64,000 nt of DNA from Octopus sinensis (Eukaryota). The stretch covers positions 174,530,001 to 174,594,000 of the forward strand of contig NC_042998.1 of assembly GCF_006345805.1 (NCBI RefSeq), written 5' to 3'. Shown here piece after piece: positions 24,000-34,307 of this stretch. Position 1 is the stretch's first letter, and every line of letters begins with the position of its first letter. The notes under the pieces were generated by a model that worked only from the letters and a program-made list of their open reading frames with translations, searched no databases and was not told where the DNA came from. The position numbers were made by a program, and so were the translations under genes.

Positions 24000-24530
24000 T
24001 GTAGTAGAGAATTCCAAAGGTTGTGTCCGTAGGAAGAGGCACATGGTTGGAAGAGGAACTGAGGTTTTGCAAGGATGAACTAGGGATTGGTGCGACGGCA
24101 AAAGTAGATTCTAAAAAATATTTACGGGAGGACTGCGCAGACGATTTGCTCTGCAATCCAAAGAAGATCGGTGGTCCGGATAGAATTTCAGAAATAGGCG
24201 AAACAGTCTTTTCGAGAGGAAAGTACAACCGGGATGGGAAGCTACCCGAATATCGGGTTTGGGGCGGTGTGTGCCGCGAAACTCGAGGAGTTTTTCTTTT
24301 CGCTGTACATTCTTGAGATCGAAACACACTCGTACATTCTTCAATCAATTCTTCTGGGAACAACTATCTAGTGACATGTGGCGCGCATACTCACAAATTC
24401 CTAAGATACCTGGGCACCAATTTCACCATAGAACGGTGAACCATAGCATTGAGTTTGTAAATTCGGAAGACGGGGGCCCATATTCAACAAGTAGAAAGCA
24501 CTAGGGTTATCTTAAGCGAGGGAATAAATG
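24000..24530 (+). pseudogene. Merlin / IS1595(ISXO2)-like DDE transposase relic
   Basis: LREDC...KIGGPDRISEIGETVFSRGKYNR...VWGGVCRET, then SDMWRAY...HHRTVNHSIEFVNSEDG in a shifted frame. This matches the IGG..VEIDES..KYNRGR..WVFGG..RET / SD.W.AY / TVNHS..FV signature. Confidence 0.85.
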
Positions 24531-24663
24531 ACGCTGTGGCACTCATCATTTTACAGTGGACCCGTATCTCTGCGAGTTTATGTGACTCCGCAGATTTGAA
24601 AACTATGATTTGTTTGAGAAGATAATATCATTGTTTTCGGCAATAATATTATCATTATTCTAA

Positions 24664-25056
24664 TCTTTATATATAAAAGTGAAGTTGTGTGTCTGTCTCC
24701 TACGATTTAGATTCCTAACTACTCCCACATTTTGCGGTGCAGTGTAACCAAAAGCGGGTATCTTATAGCCGTGATTCATATCGAGCCCTTCTGGGTATTA
24801 GCGCGCGTCTACGATGAGTCTAGGATTTTAAAAAGAATTTACCATCAATTTTTCCCATTTTTAATGCATTTTTGGCATATATAAGGGAAGTAACTCTCTA
24901 AAAATTTATTATTAAATCTCAGAACGTAAAAAGCTACAGTAACCCCCCCCCTTTGTGGTTAGCCATATTGAGATGGCTATTATACTTTACATCTCTAAAA
25001 ATGCTTATATAGTTATTTCCCTTACAAACCCGAGCAACGCCGGGCGATACTGCTAG
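24664..25056 (+). mobile_element. Non-autonomous Helitron
   Basis: A|TC 5' end, 3' hairpin CCCGAGCAACGCCGGG, CTAG|T end, no TSD. Confidence 0.88.
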
Positions 25057-25184
25057 TTGTATATAAATATAAATCTTTAAGTAGTTGGAAGAAAGCAAAA
25101 ATGATGTTCATTTCCTTTCATTACACTCCATTTATAAAGAAGAAATATTCATTATTTCATCATTGTCTTCTTTCATTATTGGAT

Positions 25185-25610
25185 TTCACCGCCTATCTCG
25201 GCAGCATGCCGCGTCTTTCGACCAGAGATGCGGAGTTCTGCGAAATACAGATAACAGTTGAAGACATATGGGACACGAAGACGAGCTGCACAAGGAAGAA
25301 TTCACCGGGGATGGATGGTCGGAGTTTTATCTTCATACGCCAGACTTGTTCGGGGATCTCTTGGCAGATGTCTACCGCAACTGGCAACAGAACGGTAGAA
25401 TACCCAGTGCTGTGAGCCGTGGCATGGTGGTACTGCTGAGAAAGGACCCGAACAAGGGGGGTCAAATAGATAATTTTAGGCCCATAACTCTATTGAACGC
25501 AGATAAGATTTTGGCCAAGGTGTTAGCCAACTGGTTGGCGCTCGTCATCAATAAACTGGTCGGTGACAGGTAGACATGCGTTATCCCGAACAGATCTATC
25601 TACGACTTCT
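25185..25610 (+). mobile_element. Tx1/L1-clade LINE ORF2 fragment (start of RT)
   Basis: SPGMDG...EFYLHTPDLFGDLLADVYRNWQQNGRIP...VVLLRKDPNKGGQIDNFRPITLLNADKILAKVLAN. Confidence 0.85.
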
Positions 25611-26702
25611 GCCCTTGTGGCCAATAAAGAAACCATTATTTTGTTTAAAAGAAAAACTCATTTAGTTTACTTTCATGTCTATTTAAGACAATAAGCCTCC
25701 CTTGTTGTTTATTTGCTTTCATTAAATTCCTTTTTAAAAAGAAACAGTTTTGCCTGCGCTTGTGAGGACACGGGACTCATTTCATTGGCTAAAAATATAT
25801 AACTTCAAATGCTTCTGTCTTATTTAAGAGGAAGCAAATTAGGTAAGTGGGACAAAATGAGTAATTTCTGGGGGAGGGGGTGTTATTTGCTTTGAAATTA
25901 TTAACATTGCAAGAATTGTATGGTCATTTTCTACTGTTACGTACTTTGAGGGAGTAAAACTTGGTCAGCATAGTTATTGACGTTGAGTTTGGAACATAGT
26001 TAACTAACAAGTGCGTGTTTCTTTTTTATTTTCGATAAATTCTTCTTCAACATTGACCCGATTATAATTGAAGCTGAATAATTCTTGGTGTTTAACAAAT
26101 CTAAAGTTTCTTCTCTCTGTTGGAGTCCAAGTCAATTTTTTCCCCACACTAATAACTAATTTGATCATTTCCAATATTCAAAGAAATACTTAAACTGGAG
26201 CAAAATGAGTAATGACTAATTTCAATATGGGTCTTTTTGCAAATGTAAAGAACTAAAAAAAAGCAAATTTACCTTAATTCGTAGTACTCATTTTGCCCCA
26301 CCTAAATTTGTCTTTTGTATTCTCAGAGAAGAGAGATAATTTTCTGAAATAGTGTTCTGAATATGTTGCATTATTTTTAATGCATTTAGAGATCATTTGC
26401 TTAGCTGATGTAGTTTTTGCGAAATAGTGAACATCTGTAAAAAAATTTTCTTCTTTTTTCTTTTCGAAAAGTTAAAAATGCAGGAAATATAGCTCATTGT
26501 GCCCCAACCCACATTGTTTTTCCTTTTCGTTGTTTTATTTATACCCCACAATCTGAAATACTTGTAGTTTGCCTTCTCTTCATTGTACCTTTCACGATTA
26601 AAATTATACACTACAAGTGGATGTGTGAAAAACAAAATTAGAATTTTGAATGAAGTATCTATAAAACGATCATTTCAGTCGTTTAAAATGTAGAAAATAA
26701 GT

Positions 26703-27511
26703 GGATCTTTTCCTTTTGAACGGCACTTTGTAACGTAATTTCTAGTTAACTGTACACTTTTAAACTTCGTATACTGGTAGAATGTGTTTATAAGACATCA
26801 TTTTTTTCTTGGCTTTATTGAGAAAATTCTATAGGTTGTAAGATATTTCGTATTTAATTTCGAGCATTTCGGCAATTTTAACCAATCGCTGGAGTCCATT
26901 TAGGTAAATAACATTCTGTGCATAATGAATATGTCCCTCCTTTAAGAAACAGATTGGGTTTATTTACATTTGTGAAGAAAAAAAGATACCCTTCCCCAAC
27001 CCCAACCCTAAATCTAAAATAGATTGAAATGCAATAGATCGATACTAGGGCCATAATTATGGGTGACATTTTCATTTGACACCGCTAGAAAAAAATTCCA
27101 TTTTCCGTTGCGGTGTCGTATGAAATTGTCACCAATAATTATGGCCCTAGTATCGATCTATCGCATTTCAATCTATTTTAGATTTAGGGTTAGTTAGGGT
27201 TAGGGTTAGAGTTGGGGTTAGAGTTAGGGTTAGGGCTGAGGGAAGGGTATCTTTTTTTCTTCACAAATGTAAATAAACCCAATCTGTTTCTTAAAGGAGG
27301 GACATATTCATTATGCACAGAATGTTATTTACCTAAATGGACTCCAGCGATCGGTTAAAATTGCCGAAATATCTTACAACCTATAGAATTTTCTCAATAA
27401 AGCCAAGAAAAAATGATGTTTTATAAACACATTCTACCAGCATACGAAGTTTAAAAGTGTTTAGTTAACTAGAAATTGTGTTGAAATGTGCCGTTCTAAA
27501 GGAAAAGATCC
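26703..27511. mobile_element. Fold-back (inverted dimer) form of the Merlin-like MITE
   Basis: ~385-400-bp inverted arms (26703-27085 and 27110-27511), GG...CC termini, exact 8-bp TSD AAATAAGT. Confidence 0.9.
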
Positions 27512-27626
27512 AAATAAGTTTTAATTGAAAAAAGTATATTGGGATCAAAAATAGCTTTCGTTTCCCTGTTTATCATTGTAAGTTCATCGTAGCAGCACTT
27601 TATTCCAAATAAAACGGTATGTATTA

Positions 27627-28016
27627 TACTCTTTTACTTGTTTCAGTCATTTGACTGCGGCCATGCTGGAGCACCGCCTTTAATCGAGCAACTCGATCCC
27701 GGGACTTATTCTTTTGTAAGCCCAGTACTTATTCTATCGGTCTCTTTTACCGAAACGCTAAGTAACGGGGACATAAACACACCAGCATCGGTTATCAAGC
27801 AATGCTAGGGGGACAAACACAGACATAGAAACGCACACACGCATATATATATACATATATACGACGGGCTTCTTTCAGTTTCCGTCTACCAAATCCACTC
27901 ACAAGGCTTTGGTCGGCCCGAGGCTATAGAAGAAGACACTTGCCCAAGGTGCCCCGCAGTGGGACTGAACCCGGAACCATGTGGTTGGTAAACAAGCTAC
28001 TTACCACACAGCCACT

Positions 28017-28018
<2 letters not shown>
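27627..28018 (-). mobile_element. tRNA-derived SINE, family B, full length
   Basis: Head GGAGTGGCTGTGTGGTAAG...GGGTTCAGTCCCACTGC, internal microsatellite, tail ...CAGTCAAATGACTGAAACAAGTAAAAGAGTA. Confidence 0.85.
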
Positions 28019-28054
<36 letters not shown>

Positions 28055-28058
<4 letters not shown>

Positions 28059-28416
28059 AAAAAGGAGATGTGGAACACGAGTTGTGATATATAAAAAAAG
28101 GAAATGAAGAAAATGCTGACAAAATAATTAAAGTAAGGGAGAGTGTATTAATTAGGTGAAAGTTCTTTTTACCGGTTGCGCATTTGTTATGCTTATCAAA
28201 AGATATTTTTTAAAGAGATATAGAGTTCCTTTCTGATAGATAAGAGAAAAAAATCTTTAAAAAATATCTTTAGATAAGCATAACAAATGCGCAACCGGTA
28301 AAAAGAACTTTCACCTAATTAAATACACTCTCCCTTACTTTAATTATTTTGTCAGCATTTTCTTCATTTCCTTTTTTTATATATCACAACTCATGTTCCA
28401 CATCTCCTTTTTTAAA
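28055..28416. mobile_element. Palindromic MITE-like element inserted in (TA)n
   Basis: ~165-bp near-perfect inverted arms TTTAAAAAAGGAGATGTGGAAC... / ...GTTCCACATCTCCTTTTTTAAA around a short spacer. Confidence 0.85.
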
Positions 28417-28896
28417 TATATATATATATATATAGTCTTGTGTGGGAGATAGAAAACTGGAGATCTTTTCCGTTTTCTTCCAACCACTTGGAGAAAATAA
28501 GAAATCAGAAATTACCAATTTTGTTCCAGCCACCCTTATATTATTTTGCTGGTGACGGAGACAGATGTTTAAAGAACATAGCTAAAAAAAACTTTTTTAA
28601 GGCTTTCGCATAAAATGTATGCCATGCGGCAATCATCGACGAGAAAATACTTTTTAGCCAGCAGTCGAGTGGTTAATAAACCCTTACTGGGTTAAGAAGT
28701 TACACTAGCTTTATTAAACGCGTAACAGCTCCAAATATGTTTTACATCTGCACTTAGAATATTAGATGCTAAGAACTCATGAAATCAAAGCTAAAAATGA
28801 ATAAAGATTAAGCTTGATAAACATAACTATGACCAAAGTTGTTTCAACAAACTCCGTCTTTTTTTTATTTATTTCAGACAGTATTCTTTCATTCTA

Positions 28897-29225
28897 TTAC
28901 TTGTTCCTGTCATTTTGACTGCGGCCATGAATAAATCGGCCCCAGGAATGATCCTTTGTAAGCCTAGCACTTATTCTGTCGGTACGCTTTTGCCGAACCG
29001 CTAAGTTACGAGGATGTAAACACACCAACATAGGTGGAGACACACACACACATATATATATACGACGGGCTTCTTTCAGTTTCCGTCTACCAAATCCACT
29101 CACAAGGCTTTGGTCGGTCCGAGGCTATAGTAAAAGACATTTGCCCAAAGTGCGACGTAGTGGGACTGAATACGGAACCATGTGGTTGGTAAGCAAGCTT
29201 CTTACCACACAGTCACGCCTGCGCC
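28897..29225 (-). mobile_element. SINE family B
   Basis: Same head and tail as 27627-28018. Confidence 0.8.
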
Positions 29226-29243
29226 TTATTAAAGTATACTAAA

Positions 29244-29958
29244 GGTAAATTTCTGTATTAACACCAGCGCAATTTTCACCAAGAAAAAAAAACTCGGATT
29301 TTTTTTCATGGAATCAAGTACCCTGACCTCCTAATATGCTGCAAATCCCTGTTTTTGGTTCGGAAAAAAATAATTGGAATTTTTTTTCGCTTAATGAATT
29401 CCTGTGACCTAATTATGCTACAAAACCCTTTTTGGGGTCCGAAAAACGGAGTGGGGTTAGGTGAAAGCCTCGGAAATTTCACCCCCGACCATCATCGATG
29501 TTTTCATCCGCACGATTTTCGCTAAGGAAAAAGAAATCGGATTTTTTTTTTTTTGCGTGAAATCAAGTACCCTGATTTCCTAATATGCTGCAAATCCCTT
29601 ATTTAGGTTCGGAAAAAAAGGGGGCGTTCCCCCCCCCCCCACACACACTTTTTCGTGCGGGTGAAAAGATCAATGGGTGTGAGGTGAAATTTCCGAGGCC
29701 TCCACCTCACCTCACCCCATTTTTCGAACCCCAAAAATGGATTTTGTAGCATATTAGGTCACAGGAATTCATTCAAAGAAAAAAATTTTCCAATGATTCC
29801 GGGATGCCCCACCCCACTCGCCCTTCTTTTTTTTCCGAACCAAAATAAGGTGTTTGCAGCATATTAGGAGGTCAGGGCACTTGATTACACGCAAAAAATC
29901 CGAGTTTTTTTTTTTTTTCTTAGTGTAAATTGTGCGAATATTAATACAGAAATTTACC
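29244..29958. mobile_element. Second long-TIR non-autonomous DNA element (GG-terminal)
   Basis: GGTAAATTTCTGTATTAA / TTAATACAGAAATTTACC termini, ~250-bp imperfect arms, internal repeat AATCAAGTACCCTGA..CCTAATATGCTGCAAATCCC; no TSD found. Confidence 0.75.
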
Positions 29959-31346
29959 TTTTCTTATTGCTTCAATAGCAAAGAAGATAGCGCCATGTCA
30001 GCCCTGAACGAGCAAAGCTATAAAAGACCATCCTATTTTTCTTTTAGAGTATCTCGGAATATGTTAACCTCTGTGTCGTTCCATTTCTAAAACCGTAGGA
30101 CAATGATTCTCAATTCGTGGAGTGCTTCACATGGAAAGTTTTTAAATAATTGTTATCAAATAAAATAAAAGGAAAGTTAAATGCTTAAGAAAAATCTCTT
30201 TCTTACTTTTCAAAACGCTCAAATACAGTAATAGTTGATTATTTTCTGCTGTTTTAAAGCCTTTTTTTCGAGAAGCGGGTGGCAAGACACGATTCATCAT
30301 CAGGCAAATTGCATTACTGAAAATAGCCTCAAGGTAATTTTTCGTCAGGTCTGCAACTCAGAAATTTCTGGGAGTCGCAGTTTGGCTATGACTGAAAAAT
30401 GTTTTACGTTTTTTTGGGTTTTTTTTTATCTGCGGCACACCGTTTGAAAACCATTGCAAAGGAAGTATGATTTGAGACATTTGGCTTCTATTTCTAGCAT
30501 AACGAGTACTCACATAAGGTTCTATTTTAATAAAGAAGTGTTTTTGGGTGCGAGAAAATTGTGAAGGTAACTTTTTAATTAACTCTTCTGGATAGTAAAC
30601 ATTAGTTAATCAGTTAGCTGTGCATGACAAGTTAAAGCCTTCCAGCTGCACCTAATATGCAGGTAATTAAACGGAATTATTTTTCTATTTCTAGTATTTT
30701 TCCTCGTTTAGCGTTTAGATGCGAACAATTACCGTGTAAAACGTATTTCGAGGTTAAAAAAAAAAACAATGGTCACTTAATAATTATTAATTTAGTAACG
30801 GGAAACAATTTCTTAAAGAATGAAGCAAATAAAAAGAGAAAACTATCAATCTTTTTAATAATCTCATTCATTTAGGAAAAGATTATTAGAAAAGTTTCCC
30901 CGCGAGATGTCATAGGTTAGAGGACACACTTTATAACTTCTCCCTGGAAGAGTTCAAATTTCAAGTGGAGATTATGAAAGGTGGCTTAACTGAATATTGA
31001 GTGGAGGGTTTTGGAATACAGATTCGAACTATGTGGGAAGAAAATGTCAAATATTTACAATCTGTTGAATAAAAACCATTCCATATTGAAGATCGGTCAT
31101 AAAACGAGACAACTAAATAAACCCACCGAATTGTGTATATAAGGAAAAAAATTTTTAACAAATCTGCGAAAAATAATTTGAAATAATGGAAAAAAAGATA
31201 CCATTTTACTGATGTATAAACCTTTACTTTCTTTCTAAACAAGTTTGATGATTATGTTGGTGATAGGAATGGTTGACAGACAAAAATAGTTAAAACAAAC
31301 TAAAAACCAAAGTCGACAAATATGTTCCATCAAGTGCAAGTAATCT

Positions 31347-32309
31347 TCACAGTGGACAATATTCTCGAATAATGTTACCTCCAGAATTTGAAACAGGTCT
31401 TAAATAACCGCTGTTGCCAGAAAGCCATTCTATATATTCTGCTTGTGTTGATGAATCAAATGGTGAGGAGAGAGTTTCTGTCAGTATTTGGTCAGTGGTG
31501 TCGTTGGCTCCATTGAAAATTCCGCTCCAACAGAACAGGTACATGGAGAGTAATTGAATATCCTGCTCATTATCAAACTCGTTCTTAATGTAAGAGGAGA
31601 GGATATCTCTCAGTTGTAGTTTTTTCATTAAACGCTGTCTACTTGACTCCATTTCTGATTGCTCGAACTTGCCATGCTTTGAGTCTAATTTCGAAACAGC
31701 TTCATTGTTAATCTTTGACCGTCTATTTCGAGTTTCTCGTTGCTTTTCACAATGTCCCACATTAGTTAGTTTTCCTTCTTCCAGACTGTTATTGTTTTTA
31801 TTCAGTGCCGCATGGAAATCGGGGGGTAATTCCTCGGAATAATCAAATTCATCAGGGTCCCTCTTTAGTTTCAGAGATCTTCGGCTAACACGTTGACCGA
31901 AGCCGCATTTATAAAAAGGTATGGTTTTCCGCCTGGTCTTTATATTGGCTAATAAATCCTGCCGGCCTCTGCGAAAGTAAGGGTGACTGAATGAAAAAAC
32001 ACCTCTAGAAGACACATGCCAGCCAAAACTATATTCGCGGAAAAGACGCCTCAGGTTAGTAAACTGTGGAATTTGAACAAAGCCTGGATACAAGTCCATT
32101 ACTAAAGCTTCATAATTTTTAGGTCCAGGATTTTCTTCAATTAAGGAATTTGAAGCATTTTGTTGTGTAGGAAAGCCTAGTGATATTCTTACGCCATTAC
32201 TGTCCCACCGAAGAATACGGCCGTCCTCAACTACTGCATAAAGCTTCTCTGGAAATTTGTCACCACGCTGGAGATAAAGGCGGGCCTTTTGCTTTCTTTC
32301 TGGATTCAT
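31347..32309 (-). CDS. Intronless HSF-type DNA-binding-domain protein (divergent; HSFY/HSFX/HSF5-like architecture), 320 aa from the first ATG
   Basis: Longest clean ORF in the window. FPEKLYAVVEDGRILRWDSNG (helix 1/W..G), FTNLRRLFREYSF (recognition helix) and FSHPYFRRGRQDLLANIKTRRK (F.HP.F.RG..LL..I.R) match the HSF fold. The track start at 32336 is a TTG; the ATG is at 32309. Confidence 0.88.
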   Translation of the reverse strand: MNPERKQKARLYLQRGDKFPEKLYAVVEDGRILRWDSNGVRISLGFPTQQNASNSLIEENPGPKNYEALVMDLYPGFVQIPQFTNLRRLFREYSFGWHVSSRGVFSFSHPYFRRGRQDLLANIKTRRKTIPFYKCGFGQRVSRRSLKLKRDPDEFDYSEELPPDFHAALNKNNNSLEEGKLTNVGHCEKQRETRNRRSKINNEAVSKLDSKHGKFEQSEMESSRQRLMKKLQLRDILSSYIKNEFDNEQDIQLLSMYLFCWSGIFNGANDTTDQILTETLSSPFDSSTQAEYIEWLSGNSGYLRPVSNSGGNIIREYCPL

Positions 32310-32397
32310 TTTGACTTGTTGTAATTTAGTTGGCAAACATATATATTGTTTTGTGATTCTTTTTCCGTATACTACATAGCAACATAGTGCAGCGAAA

Positions 32398-32456
32398 CAC
32401 GAGTCTCGCTGAACGCATGTCCGTTAGTTCTTTGCTCGTGGGGTTTTCACGAGTAA
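32398..32456. promoter_or_regulatory. CpG-containing putative promoter/5' leader of the HSF-like gene with a 10-bp stem-loop
   Basis: TTTGCTCGTG-GGGTTTT-CACGAGTAAA at 32431-32457 plus a further CACGAG at 32398, ~90-150 bp upstream of the ATG. Confidence 0.3.
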
Positions 32457-32624
32457 ACCGGATGTTAGCCATGTGACTGCGTTTCAGAAGTAGAACTCAA
32501 CACTTTTTAATATATGTATCGTCAAACACAAGACAAATCTATGAATAAATCTATGGATGTACAAGGCCATTTTTCATCAGTATTTTGTCTCACTGTAATT
32601 AATCTCTTAATAGAACGAAATACC

Positions 32625-32815
32625 TCTATTTCTTTATTACCCACAAGGAGCTAAACACAGAGAGGACAAACAAGGACATACATTGGTATTAAGTCGATTA
32701 CATCGACCTCAGTGCGTAACTGGTACTTAATTTATCGACCCCGAAAGGATGAAAGGCAAAGTCGACCTCGGCGGAATTTGAACTCACAACGTAACGCAGA
32801 CGAAATACCGCTAAG
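32625..32815 (-). mobile_element. SINE family A (5' part replaced)
   Basis: Tail and core match 7659-7909 in reverse. Confidence 0.8.
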
Positions 32816-33223
32816 CTAAAAACGAACACCACATGTTTGAAGTCCTCAAGTGTCGGATAGCAAAGACGTTGCAGGTAAAGAATACGGTGTTTATGGTTAG
32901 GCCGAAAAAGGGGTTTTATGCGTATTCTTTTCCTCCGCCGCAAAGAGAATGTGATCAAGGCTTGAACAGTGAACAGTGGAAGTTAAATTAAACTTTCATG
33001 CTAGACATTCTTATATCTATATTTACGGATATATTCATCGGCTATTTCCTAGCTTCTTAAATCTGGTCGTAAGAACTTTTTTTAAATGGGCCATCTAACG
33101 AAAAATCGATCTCTCAAATGTTTGAACAAAATGGAAATGGAATGTTGTAGTGTCCATGCCTGTACTAATGACCTCAGTATGTTGAAACAACAAAAGGTAA
33201 AAACTGACTATCCTCTTTTTTGG

Positions 33224-33430
33224 CAGAAACGTTAGCACGCCGGGCGAAATGCGTAGCCGCATTTCGTCTGCCGTTACGTTGTGAGTTCACATTCCGCCGA
33301 GGTCGACTTTGCTTTCATCCTTTCGGGGTCGATAAATTAAGTACCAGTTACGCATAGGGGTCTATGTAATTGACTTAATCCCTTTGTCTGTCCCCTCTAT
33401 GTTTAGCCCCTTGTGGGCAATAAAGAAATA
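33224..33430 (+). mobile_element. SINE family A
   Basis: TGGCAGAAACGTTAGCACGCCGGGCG...CCCCTTGTGGGCAATAAAGAAATA. Confidence 0.85.
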
Positions 33431-34162
33431 TATCCTCTTTTATTCTATGAGGTTCGATAATTAAAAATATGGAGAGAATCTGAAAATTTTTATGTAAGGT
33501 TAAATCACTTTAATTCCACTAAGCTTTTGGTAGTAAATGTACACTAGAATTTTCGTTGCCAACAGCATTTTCAAGATCGCTTGTAAATGAAAAAAAATAT
33601 TGTCTTGCTTGTCACATTGAACTCCATGTGAATCATCACAGCATGTCAGAGTGTGTAGCGCGGTCATTGATTAGGAAGAGACATTGTATAAACAATATCG
33701 TTTATGCGTCCACTTGTCTCCGTTTTCTTGCGATAGAACGTTCGGCGCTTTTAGCATATCGAAAATTTATATCAAGGCAAATCAGTATATCAAGCTACCT
33801 GCCGAAAATCTGGACCGTTCGCCTAACGTGACTGATGTTGCATTTATCTATAGCAAAATCAGTCAACTCTTACAGTCCTAAAGTCCTAATTAAACAGACC
33901 CATGATCAAAGGCATTCAAACTGTAACTATCTTCTTACTCCTAGATATATTGTGCCCAGAAACACCTAATATAAGATGTCCTTTTTACGTAGGACACTAG
34001 AGAGAAATTTGGCTCCTTTTTGTTGTTGTTGTTGTTGTTGTTTTGTAGATCGGACGAACTTGTAGATGCTACCATTGATTTATCTCTGATGCAAATATTT
34101 AGATACATTCCCTCAATACTACTACTAAGTGCAAAAGAACAGCTACCGTCGTGCTCGGCTGA

Positions 34163-34307
34163 GTCCACCACCAGAAATTACATTCCTTTAGAAATCAACT
34201 GGACAGTGGAGAGAGAGGATATCTCCGGACTGTCACACTGCACTCCATGTGAATCATCACATTATGTCGGAGTGTGCAGTGCGGTCCTTGGTTAGGAAGA
34301 GACATTG
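34163..34307 (+). ncRNA. Candidate structured RNA with hairpin-H-hairpin-ACA layout (H/ACA-like)
   Basis: Weak 5' hairpin, AGAGGA (ANANNA) at 34214-34219, strong 3' hairpin (GGAC..CACTGCAC..ATGTGA-ATCA-TCACAT..GTGCAGTG..GTCC), ACA at 34302-34304. The 3' part is duplicated at 33610-33690. Confidence 0.25.

Noticed and set aside
30235-30447. ORF with an apparent AAG|GTAAT donor
   Set aside because: No homology recognised and no compatible neighbouring exon.
34020-34295. 91-aa ORF with a hydrophobic start suggesting a signal peptide
   Set aside because: The hydrophobic run is a (TTG)n microsatellite starting at a non-ATG codon.
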